Shown one piece after another: positions 1 through 11,123 of a stretch of DNA of 64,000 nt. This DNA comes from Mobula hypostoma. Taxonomy: Eukaryota. Both the position numbers and the translations under genes were made by a program. The stretch is from the NCBI RefSeq assembly GCF_963921235.1, contig NC_086097.1, positions 72,232,001 through 72,296,000 on the forward strand, in the 5' to 3' direction. A model generated the notes under the pieces. It made no database searches and was not told the DNA's origin. It saw only the letters and a program-made list of their open reading frames with translations. Within the stretch, counting starts at the first letter, position 1; every line of letters begins with the position of its first letter.

Positions 1-404
1 ATTTTTAGAAGAAGTCAATGATAAAGGAAATTTAAGCACATCATGTTCAGTTTACAGAATATTACACGTCTATTTGGATCTCTGCTGAATTGCTTACAAA
101 TTGTCTTCAGCAGCCCTGACAATGAAATGAGAACTGAGTACATTTCAATATTGTTCCTCAATGCTCCTCACTCTCCCAGAGCTGCCATTTTAACTGAATT
201 CTCAGCATGTATTCCTTTGCTGTTACTGGGTCACAATTGTGGAACTCTCTCTAACAGCATTGTGGCTACTCCCACACCCCTCCAAGTGATTCAAAGAGGC
301 AACTCCACCACCGTCTCAAGGACAACAAACACTGACAATTAAATGATGCTCAGCCAGTGAAGGCATTTCATTTGAAGCAATATTTTTAAAAATGCCTTTA
401 TCAT

Positions 405-536
405 ACACGGAGCTTAGAAAAATAGAGGGCTATGGGTGACCCTAGGTAATTTCTACAGTGAGGACATGTTTCGGACAGCTTTGAAGGCCAAAGGGCCTAT
501 ATTGTGCTATAGGCTTTCTCTGTTTCCATGCTTCTG
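405..536 (+). mobile_element. CR1-type LINE 3' end fragment
   Basis: Matches the reverse complement of the CR1 3' end at 3773-3910 (ggagcttag-aaaatagagggctat...gggcct..attgtgct). Confidence 0.75.
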
Positions 537-560
537 TACAGACTGCAGCATTTCAAAAGG

Positions 561-692
561 AAAACACAAGAGATTCTGCTGATGCTGGAAATCTAGAGTA
601 ACACAGAATGCTGGAGGAACTCAGCAGGTTGGGAAGCATCTATGGAAAGCAATAAACAGTTGGTGTTTCATGCCAAGACTCTTCCTCCGGAA
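561..692 (-). mobile_element. Penelope-like terminal repeat fragment (degenerate hammerhead)
   Basis: aaacacaagagattctgc...tgctggaggaactcagcagg...gcatctatgga is the reverse complement of the PLE termini at 32591-32722 and 35277-35397. Confidence 0.8.
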
Positions 693-1007
693 TCCTAAGG
701 ACTTCAACATTACAAAAAGATTCATTTTTTACTTTTCCTGGATTACATAGGGTGGGCACAAATATAAACCTTGACAGCAGAGACTGTATTTCAGGAACGA
801 AGTGATTTTAAAAATCAGTTTTACCCATAGTGCCTTAAAGAAGCAGGTCATCATGTCCTGCCAACTTATCAGCATCCACTCTCACTAGTTTTTCCAGTAT
901 TCGATTTTCCACATTGCTAGTTTGTTTCAGGTCACCATTCTTTACTTTTCTGGGATTTTTTTGTGACTTTATCTGAGAAGACAGACAAAAAAAAAAATTA
1001 TTTACAA

Positions 1008-1315
1008 TAAAGACACGACTTCAGGATTGAAGGACGTCCATTTAGAACAGAGATGCAGAGTAATTACTTTAGTCAGAGGGTGGTAAATCTGTGGAATTAG
1101 TTTCCAGGAGCGGCTGTGGAGGTCAAGTCATTGGGAGCATTTAAGGCAGAGATAGATTGGTTTTTGATTAGCCAGGGCATCAAAGGGTATGGGGAGAAGG
1201 CAGGGGAGTGGAGATGACTGGAAGAATTTGATCAGCCATGATTGAATGGCAGAGCAGACTCAATGGGCCAAATGGCCTACTTCTGCTCCTATATCTTATG
1301 GTCTTGTGGTCTTAT
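1008..1315 (+). mobile_element. CR1-type LINE 3' end
   Basis: Encodes the RIEGRPFRTEM...FSQRVVNLWN-like C-terminus; ends in (tcttatgg)n tail; same family as 52478-52853. Confidence 0.85.
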
Positions 1316-1699
1316 GTATTTTTTTTATCTCAGTCAGTAATATACCCAAATAAACTTGTTTTAATCCTTCCCATGTTTAATTTCTAAGCTATTGCTCTCT
1401 TGTTTTGTAATTCTCTGTGCATGGCTCTTGCATTCTGCATCCCCATTGCTTATTGGAGTCTTGTTGTTCCTTTGCAAAGTTCTGAAATTTTCACAATTCC
1501 AAGACTAACTGCTCTTTGAGCAATAGGTCTTTTCCTTTGATCGAACACCATATTTTATTCTGAGATTAGTCACGGATGGATCATCTTTTCTGTTCCCTTT
1601 TCATCGTAAGCGATGCATTTGTTTTAACTTCGGATCATAGGCATGAAATCACTTCACTTCATGGTCAGAGATGTTGGGTTTGTTGGCAAAGTGGACAGG

Positions 1700-1880
1700 A
1701 ATAGCTGAGTTGTGGGAGGGGAGTGGTGACAGAGCTTTGAGGATAGCAGTGTGCAGGTAGAGGAGAACAGTCAGGAGGGTGACAGGAGCAATGAGAGGGT
1801 GAGGGGAACAGTGAATGGGAGGTGAAGGGAATATTAAGAGTGGTTAGGGGAGCATTGATGGTGAATGAGGAGAGTAATTA
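1700..1880. repeat. Degenerate purine-rich minisatellite
   Basis: Recurring ~19-20 nt units resembling gaggggaacagtgagagggt. Confidence 0.45.
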
Positions 1881-2324
1881 AACAGGAAGAATGTGTAGCT
1901 GCACCAGCTGATGAGAAATTCCTAACCACCTACTCCAACTCTGTGTCTGAGATCTTAATGCCTTCTTGGCCAAGAGCTGTTTAAGGTCATCCACCAGACC
2001 CATTTTGAATCAACTCAGCTGTAAGTCACCAACATTTCACTGATTCAGAGACACTTTAGGGCATGTAGGGAGAATGCCCAGCCTTTCGTTTCCGTGCCTG
2101 TTGAAAGAGAACCTAGCAGTTATAGCTCAGCTTCCCTCACTGAGGAAGCCGAGAGGCAGCTCGGTTGGAGCCACCAATAAGTTGTACTGGAGGGCTAATG
2201 TGGACAAGGCATTGAAAGGACAGCCAAAAATGACTGTAGGAATAGATCCCTTATCAATCAATCAGCAACTATCACACAGGTTATTGGTGAACCTGTTCAT
2301 TAACACTGATGGTCAGGGATTTTG

Positions 2325-2660
2325 GGAACCAACCAACAGGCTCCTGAATTGGTTTAATAACTTCACTTTCCTCAGCACTGAACTAATTCCCCAGTCTATA
2401 GACTCACTTTCTAGACTCAACAACTCATGTTCTCAGTTGAATTGATTGATTGGTTATTTAATTTATGATTTATTTGTACCTTTTTCTGTATTTGCACAGT
2501 TTATCTTCTTTTGCACATTGGTTGTTTCTCCGTCTTTGTGTGTAGTTGTTTGTTGATTCTGCTGTATTTCCTTGTTCTATTCTGAATGCTGGCAAGAACA
2601 TGCATATCAAGGTAATATGTATATGTACTTTGAAAATAAATTTACATTGAACTTTGAACT
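2325..2660 (+). mobile_element. Rex1/Babar-type LINE 3' UTR
   Basis: Similar to the 3' portion of the Rex1 fragment at 15643-16062; ends aataaatttacattgaactttgaactt. Confidence 0.7.
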
Positions 2661-3772
2661 TTTTGGGAGAGAAGAGGTGTCTCTCTGTTTTTCAGCTGGG
2701 GAGTTTTATACTAAGTGGCAACATGATGGCAGCAAGCTTGACCCTATAACATGACAGCACTGACAAGAAATTGACATCTGATTGATATCATGATCCGCCT
2801 GCTCTACAAACAGCTGGCAGACAATAGCTGAGCTGTTTTAGCATGGTCCTGAGCTGCCAGCCTGTGTGACTGGCATCAGATACATATTGGAACAGAGCCA
2901 AATCTTGGTGCCCGGCAAAAGCAACTGACTGCATCACCAAGGTCTGTGGCTTCAGGTTTTAATGCAGAAAACAAACTTTAACAAACAAAATCAGCCATTG
3001 AACAAAACAGATCTTGCTTTCATTTCTTTCCTATAAAAATACTGTGACATCAGGAATAGAGAAATTCAAATTAGAAATTCAGTTGAAGCTCAGAATTTGT
3101 ATCATTCTTTTGCCAACAAAAAGGGAGTCTATTTGCTTTACAGTGACTCAGACTGGTAAATGAAAAGGAAATAATGATGTTGCAGACTGGAACAAAAACA
3201 GTTGTTACTTTTTATGTCGGGTCTCTGTGGGAAGCAGCCAGTCTTATGATGTAAGAGGTCACATGGTTCAGAATGTGGGTAACAGTGTGATACAAAGTTT
3301 ATCCAGTGTGTGAAAAGAACCTCTCTCCTTCATTATCAAGCCATTGTTACATAATATCACATAATGCTTCCTGTCTTCAGTTTATGCTGTTAACGTTCAA
3401 TCACAATTACATTGAATCCACATCAGTAAATCACAACCATGTGAGATTAATACAGTGGTTGTTCCCAGAAATGGTGACCAGATTAAGGTGGGCAAAGAAC
3501 TGCATTTGTCCTTTTTATTGCAAATATCGGAGGAGGTCGTCTAAATTTGATAAGCACTGGATGCAAAGACATCTGCTCACAATGCTGTGGCAGGACTCCC
3601 ATGGATCTCATTAGCCTTTGACACTTCACACACAGTTTCCCATATATTGAATAGTTAGGCAGGATCTGTTAATAGGGAAACATTCTTCCTGCAAGTACAT
3701 CTTTGGTCTAATTCACTGCAATGCTCAACGACACACACAACCATCACTGTATTAGCCCACAATGCTTGGTTT

Positions 3773-4893
3773 CATAGAAACATAGACATAGAAACATAGA
3801 AAACCTACAGCACAATACAGGCCCTTCAGCCCACAGAGTTATGCCGAACATATCCCTACCTTAGAAATTATTAGGCTTACCTATAGCCCTCTATTTTACT
3901 AAGCTCCATGTACCATTCTAAAAGTCTCTTAAAAGACCCTATCGTATCCACCTTCACCACTGCTGCCAGCAGCCCATTCCACGCACTCACCACTCTCTGC
4001 ATAAGAAACTTACCCCTGACATCTCCTCTGTACCTACTCCCCAGCACCTTAATCCTCTTGTGGCAACCATTTCAGCCCTGGGAAAAAACTTCTGACTATC
4101 TACACAATCAATGGCTCTCATCATCCTAAAAAACTCTATCAGGTCACCTCTCATCCTCCGCCACTCCAAGGAAAAAAGCTGGAGTTCACTCAACCTATTC
4201 TCATAAGGCATGCTCCCCAATCCAGGCAACATCCTTGTAAGTCTCCTCTGCACCCTTTCTATGGCTTCCACATCCTTCCTATAGTGAGCTGACCAAAACT
4301 GAGCACAGTACTCCAAGTGGGGTCTGACCAGGGTCCTATATAATTGCAACATTACCTCTCGGCTCCTAAATTCAATTCCATGGTTGATGAAGGACAATGC
4401 ACCTTACGCCTCCTTAACCACAGAGTCAACCTGCGCAGCTGCTTTAAGTGTCCGATGGACTCGGACCCCAAGATCCTGCTGATCCTCCACACTGCCAAGA
4501 GTCTTACCATTAATACTATATTTTGCCATCATATTTGAGCTACCAAAATGAACCACTTCACACTTATCTGTGTTGAATGCCATCTGCCACTTGTCAGCCC
4601 AGTTTTGCATCCTATTAATGTCCCGCTGTAACTTCTGACAGCCGTCCACACGATCCACAACACCTCCAACCTTTGTGTCATCAGCGGACTTACTAACCCA
4701 TCCCTCCACTTCCTCATCCAGGTCATTAATAAAAATCACGAAGGAACCCTGAGCAGATCCCTGAGGCACTTCACTGGTGACCGACCTCCATGCAGAATAT
4801 AACATGTCTACAACCACTCTTTGCCTTCTGTGGGCAAGCCAGTTCTTGATCCACAAAGCAATGTCCCCTTGGATCCCATGCCTCCTTACTTCC
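3773..4893 (-). mobile_element. CR1-type LINE, 5'-truncated (RT C-terminal half + 3' UTR)
   Basis: ORFs 4404-5096 and 3987-4397 give FINDLD, SKSADDTK (degenerate FADD), LVRPHLEYC; (catagaaa)n tail at 3773. Confidence 0.95.
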
Positions 4894-5706
4894 TCACTCC
4901 TGTGATTATAGAAGTATTTGGCTGTATATGACAATGGATTGTTTCTACAAAAGTTTAACCTGTTTTGAAAGATAAACCATTGATCACCACTACCATTCTC
5001 TTGGTCAGGTGGGGCTGGAGCTTGAATCAGGTTGGAGGTATTAGTGCAGAAAAGCAGATTGCTTGGAGGAGGGAGGGGTGTATTGGGATGGGTCACAGTT
5101 TGATAGGGAGTTGGGGTGTGTTAGAATGGAAGAGTCAAGCCAGGGTGGGGAGAAAAGCTCACTCGAGGGAGAGGCACAGTGAATGTTACTAGGAGAGTTG
5201 GGGCAGGCATCTGCCTTAAAGTAGATCTCCTTGAATCATGTTCCCAGCACTGGCCTTGGATTAACTTGAGTGTGTCACCTTTTACATGCTTGGGAATAAG
5301 GTTCAGGAGCAACAGCTACAGGAGAAGTTTGAAGGATGATCTTAGTGCAAGTTTCAGTACATTGACTCAGTGTCCAGAAGGCTGGAGGCAATGCCAAGGA
5401 GTTTCAGAGGGTTGAGCACAAGTTTGTCACTGAGGTTATACATAGCTTTGTGCCCCTCCCCTCCAGCAAGGATGTTATGGCAGTTTCATTGGTCCAGAGA
5501 GGTTGCCAATGTGAGGAACAAGCTCACCCCCCCTCACCCCCCAAAAGTAATTTGCCCTAACCACTGGAGATTGGGAAAGGGGTGGGAATTGTAAGAAAGG
5601 ATGGGCTGTGCAAGGGAATAGTGTGATGGTGCTCAAAAGAGGATCCATGGGTGTGTTAATGTGAGGTGGGGTCTGTGTCAGTATTGGCAAAATGCAGGGG
5701 GTGGGG

Positions 5707-5778
5707 TTCTGTCAAAACCGAAGTATCCTGGCCCCCAGTTTAAGTTCATGCCTCTGCAGTCTCAGTCTAGTCCTAACC
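5707..5778. repeat. Left arm of a ~70-bp inverted repeat (partner 6688-6752)
   Basis: ttctgtcaaaaccgaagtatcctggcccccagtttaagttcatgcctctgcagt...agtcctaacc is closely matched by the reverse complement of 6688-6752. Confidence 0.85.
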
Positions 5779-5839
5779 TGGCATGGGAGGGGAAGATCTG
5801 TGGCACTGGGCAATGTTGATAGGGATGTATGAGGCAAGC

Positions 5840-6050
5840 CTGTGGCTGCATTGGGTCCTACACACTCAGGACAATGTAAAGTGTTCGATTAACCCACCAG
5901 CCCTATATCTTTGGGATGTGGAAGAGACTTGCAGTACCAAGTGGAAAACTTGTAGTCAGAGAGAGAACATGCAAACTCCACACAGACAGCACCCCATGGT
6001 TGGCGGAGTGGTGAGTCACTTGTGCACTACTGCGCTACAACACTGGGGGT
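5840..6050 (-). mobile_element. tRNA-derived SINE (HE1/V-SINE-like)
   Basis: gagagaacatgcaaactccacacagacagcacc...ctactgcgctac reads as an antisense SINE body and tRNA head. Confidence 0.65.
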
Positions 6051-6259
6051 AAAATCTTTTAACTGCAAAGATAAATGAGCACATAGTTGGGAATTAACCA
6101 TTCCCTTACACAGATACTGTGTGCTAACTCTAATGTCTTGCGCTAGGAAACTTCATGTGGGTGTGGCTGAAAACAGACCACAACCCAGCTTTTGTGAAAT
6201 ACTAGAACTCCCAACTTTTGGGTCTCCTTTCTTGAACCACCTCAGGATACACTGCAGAG

Positions 6260-6530
6260 TAGGTCCTCCTAGCCCTTTGAGATACTCCACACAGCAACCC
6301 CCGTCAAACACAATTAACCCTGACCTAATCACAGGACAATTTACAATGACCAATTAACCTACCCAATAGGCCTTTGGACTGCAGAAGGGAAATGGAGCAC
6401 TCTGGGAAAACTCAGGTATTCCAGGGGGAGGACGTACAGACTCCTTCTGGAATAGCACTGGAATTGAACTCCAAACTCCAGAATACCTCACACTGTAATA
6501 ACATCTTACTAACCGCTACCCCACCATGGT
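6260..6530 (-). mobile_element. tRNA-derived SINE with CR1-like tail
   Basis: caatttacaatgaccaattaacctac...tttggactg...ggaattgaactcc (antisense B-box)...ctaaccgctac. Confidence 0.7.
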
Positions 6531-6687
6531 GCCTTTTCTAGGAATGGGATCCACACATCCTGAACACCATTCTTCATAAAGGGGAAGAAATGGGCCTGTA
6601 CCTGTCTTCTGCCCCTGGCCACCACAGAGAACCATCTCCTGCTCGTGCGTTGCAGGGAACTGAATCAATTGGTGAAGGGACATCGAT

Positions 6688-6752
6688 GGTTAGGACTAGA
6701 CTGCAGAGGCACGAACTTAAACTGGGGACCAGGATATTTGGTTTTGACAGAA
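6688..6752. repeat. Right arm of inverted repeat (partner 5707-5778)
   Basis: Direct reverse-complement match to 5707-5778. Confidence 0.85.
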
Positions 6753-7995
6753 GGGAGATTGGTCTGAGGAAAGATAAAGTTGTAAAGTCAATGCCTTTTA
6801 CAGGCTAAGGAGCAGCAGTCGCCAAGGCAAGATGAAGAAATGACAAGGGGTGAGCAAATCCTTGAGATTTTAATGTCAGTAAGCAGTGAAAATACTTTCT
6901 CATCATTTGCGAATGGAAGAGAAAAGTCACAGTATACTGCATCCTCCTGGCTAGATTCCATGCTTTTCGTTTGATCTGGAGTTTGAAAAAGAAAAAGCAA
7001 GTCTAAACTATGTCCAACTAAAACAGGTTCAGATAAAGTAAATTGGGTCTTGTAGCCCAAGAAGTTTGCTTTTTGAAATAGAATATAAAGAGATATGGAA
7101 GCAGAACAGTCTACAAGTAATTAATTTTGAAAATACTAGAGCTGCAGTTTTTACTAGGAATGAAAAACTGACTTATCATTGATTTCCTTCCAATTATTAT
7201 GACCTTGTGGTCCTTGGGATTTGAAAGGTGATATGGAAAAGGATATTGTTGTAGTATCTGGGGTTTAACTATGATTCTTGGAGAGGCAGATGCATTCATG
7301 TTAAAATATATTTACCTTACCAATGATAAATCCGACAAATAAATGATTTGATTTGATATATTTTGTTTTTGGCCGAACCCAGCAGCTTTAAAGTCTTCAT
7401 GATAAAAGACCCAACTCCTTTTAATGACATCAATTTATGTAAAACTCTAAGAACAGCTTTGGCTTTCATCTTTGTTCTCTCTTCCTCAAATTTTGCAATT
7501 TGTTACCCAGGTCATGCTCTATACCAATTAAGTAAATTTTAATAACATGAACATGGGTTAACAAATTAATTTCTATTTCCTTGTGGGCAACATGGTCCAA
7601 ATCCTTGATCTGATATCAAATGCTCTGCTGAAGCATTACAGTATTTGAAGACAGGAAGGAGGAGTGGTGGTGAGCAGAGATTTTGAAATCACAGGAATAA
7701 TATATTCGGGATTTCATTATCTGCTTATCTTACATTTGCAATAATTAAGTTAACTCTTTGTTTAATTGGGATGGATTTGAGTGAAATTAACAGCAATCAC
7801 TACTGCAGCAAGTAAATTTATGAAAACTGAGATAAGAGCAATAAGAACTAATAGACTGTGGGAAGTGCTCCCGGAGACAACTGATCTGGTATCACCACTG
7901 GTGAAAGATTCACTTTGAAGAGGGAAACTTGTTTAGATCACACATCAACATTCTACATTTATCCATTACTTTGCTATAATTCTCTCAGTATTTCT

Positions 7996-9060
7996 TCCCA
8001 AATGGACGCCAGAAGGAAGGAAAGACGTCATCTCGTTCAGGGGGAGGTGAGAGCAGTAGTGGAGGAGATGAGAGCCCGCAAGGTGGTGGGAATGAAACAA
8101 CAGGGAGCTTGGACAAGATGGGAGAATGCGGTTGAGAGGAACGTGACCTGGGCTGATCTTTGGAAAGCCAAACAACACCGCATCCAATTTCTCATCCAGG
8201 CAGTGTATGATGTGCTTCCAAGCCCATCAAACCTGCACACATGGGGCAAGGCAGAGTCATCTGCGTGCCCACTGTGCTCCAAGCGAGGTACCCTGGAGCA
8301 CATCCGCAGCGGCTGTGCAAGGGCACTTGGTGAGGGACGGTACAGGTGGAGGCATGATCAGGTCTTGAAGACCATCGCTGAAGCCGTCAGCGCAGGAGTT
8401 GAGTGGGTGAAGCGGTCCCGACCCTCCAAGCAGACCATTGCCTTTGTCAGAGCTGGGGAGCAGCCAATACCTGCCAAAAGAACATCTGCAGGCATTCTGA
8501 CCTCTGCAAGGGAGTGGCAGCAGTTGGTGGACCTCGAAGGGCAGCTGAAGTTCCCTAACCATATCACAGCCACCACCCTACGACCAGACATTGTCCTAGT
8601 GTCTAAGTCGACTAAGCAAGTGGTGCTGCTGGAGCTGACAATCCCACGGAAAGTTAGCTTGGAAGAGGCCTTTGAAAGGAAGCTCTCCAAGTATGCAGGA
8701 CTGGTCAGCAACTGTCAGCAGGCTGGATGGAGAGCGAGTTGTCTCCCAGTGGAGGTTGGTTGTAGGGGATTCGTAGCCCGTTCTTTAGTTTGAGCCTTCA
8801 GCATTTTGGGCATCGAGGGAGAGAGGAAGAGGAGAGCCATCCACAGTACCACCGATGCGGCAGAGAGGGTCTCAAGATGGCTGTGGCTCAAAAGAGGGGA
8901 GCCATGGAGTCATAAGTAGCTAGCCATCTGGACACAAGCTTGGGTCTGATCAGCCCCGGCTGGGTCACCGGAGGAGGTTGTATGATGTTGAAAGACCCGA
9001 AATACCCGATGATTCCAGGAACATCACTGAAGATGTGTCCAGCAGCATCAACCGATGTAT
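7996..9060 (+). mobile_element. HERO-like (R2 superfamily) non-LTR retrotransposon, 5'-truncated, REL endonuclease region
   Basis: CCHC knuckle CPLC...LEHIRSGC, RHD motif, RPDIVL...LLELT (PD-D/ExK), VEVGCRGF; premature TGA at 8791-8793, then in-frame ...SRWLWLKRGEPWSHK* ending at 8919. Confidence 0.9.
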
Positions 9061-9610
9061 GTACACAGCCTGAATAATGTGTTGGCAAGAGTTTATACAG
9101 ACATAGTGTTACAGAACATTACAGCACAGGAATAGGCCCTTTGTCCCATCTAATCTGTGCCAAGCCATTAATCTGCTTAGTCCAGCTAACTTGCATCAGG
9201 ACTGGAGCCCTCCATATCCCTCCCACCCATGTACCTATCCAAATTCCTCTTAAATGTTGAAATTGAACCACATCCACCACTTCTGCTGTCAGCGTATTCC
9301 ACACTGTCACCACCCTCTGACTGAAGAAGTTCCTCCCTCATGTTCCCCTTAAACATTTCACCTTTCACCCTTATCCCATGACCTTGAGTTGTAGTCTAAC
9401 CCAACCTCAGTGGGAAAGGTTTGCTTGCATTTATTCAATCTATATCCAGCACAATTTTGTATACAGTACCTCTGTTAAATCTCCCCTCAACCTTCTATGT
9501 TCTCGTGAATAAAGTCCTAACCTATTCAACCTTTCTCTATAACTCAACTCTTCAAATACCAGCAACATCTTTGTAAATTTTCTCTGCACTCTTTCAATCT
9601 TAATTACATA

Positions 9611-10278
9611 GGAGGAGGAGAAGTTGGCGGCGTGATGCAGTGCGCGCGGCCTCTCCGGTGATGAATATCTGTTATCTGTCAAGTAGGATGCCGAGGAAAA
9701 TTCTGATTTGATGGAGGCAGATGTGAGAGCACAGAGGAACATCTGGTGAAACTTCTGAAATGCCTGTTTCACTGCCGCTGCTACTGTGTGATCCGAAATC
9801 TCTGGAGGGGAAGGCCCCGAATCCTTGGCTTTGTTTGTTGCCCGGCAGCTGGGGCAGGGTCAAGGTGCTCGGTGCTCGGTTTCGGAGGGCTGGTCAGAGG
9901 CTCGAAGTTTTCGGACGGACTCAGAGTCGGACTGTGGTCGGGATGCTTCCAGGATGCTGCATTGGCAAGTTTGCGGCGCTGGAGGCTCATGGCAAGAAGA
10001 GTTTCTCCCTTCTACCGTCTGCGTGAGATGTTCGGGCTATCGGGACTTTGAGACTTTTTTTTACCATGCCCATGGTCTGCTCTTATCAAATTACAGTATT
10101 GTTTTGCACTATTGTAACTATATGTTATAATTATGTGGTTTTTGTCAGTTTTAGTCTTGGTCTGTCTTGTGTTTCTGTGATATCATACTAGAGGAACATT
10201 GAATCATTTTTAATGCATGCATTTCTAAACGACAATAAACGAGGACTGAGTGTCCTCGTAACCTAATCTAATCTAATC
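9611..10278 (+). mobile_element. Non-autonomous LINE-derived element (Rex1/L2-type ends)
   Basis: CpG-rich 5' part beginning aagttggcggcg; no credible ORF; 3' hairpin gaggac-tgagt-gtcctc followed by (aatct)n; interrupts the CR1. Confidence 0.7.
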
Positions 10279-11123
10279 TTTCCTATGACTAAAGCTGCAC
10301 ATAATAGTCCAAATTATGTCTCACTAACATCTTAAACAAATTCAACATAACATCCCAATTCCTGTATTCAATACATTGATTTATGAAGCCCAATGGGACA
10401 AAAGCTTTCTATGTGACTCTATCTACCTGTGATGACATTTTCCAGCAATTATGGATTTTTATTCCCAGACCTTCTGTTCTACTGGACTCCTCAGTGCCCT
10501 CTTACTGCTCATCATGTAAGACCTACACTGGTTGGTCCTCCCAAAAACGCAAAACCTCACAATTGTCTTCATTAAATTCCATTTGCCATTTTTCAGCCCA
10601 AATTTCCAGCTGGTCCAGATCCTGCTGCAAGCTTTGATAGTCTTCCACGCCATCCACTACACACTTAGTTTTGGTTGAACCTTCCTGAGCAACCTCCCAA
10701 GCAGGACCTTATCAAAGGCCTTGCTCAAGTCCATGTAGACAACATCCACTGCCTTGCTGTCATCAAATTTCCTGGCCACTTCCTTGAAAAACATTATAAG
10801 ATTGGATAGACATGACTACCATGCACAAAGCCATGTCAATTACCCCTAATTAGTCCTCATCTCTACGAGTACTTTTTTATCTGGTCCCCTAGAAAATCTT
10901 CAAATAACTTTCCCACAACTGTTATCATGCTCATCAGCCTATAATTTCCTTGCTTATTCTTAGATGCTTTCTTAAACAATGGAACAACATTAGTTATCCT
11001 TCAATTTTCTGGTACCTCATATATATATAGGGATGCTTTAAATATTTCTGATAGGACCCTTGAAATTTCTGTGCTAGTCTCCCACTGGGACCAAGGGAAC
11101 ACTTTGTCAGGCCCTGGGGATTT

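Noticed and set aside
7915..8793. 292-aa ORF as a host gene
   Set aside because: Motifs identify it as the zinc-knuckle/REL part of a truncated retrotransposon; the N-terminus is flanking DNA and the stop is premature
8975..9010. Hammerhead-like TGATG...CGAAA in the HERO 3' UTR
   Set aside because: Core boxes are incomplete and no helix I or II could be formed
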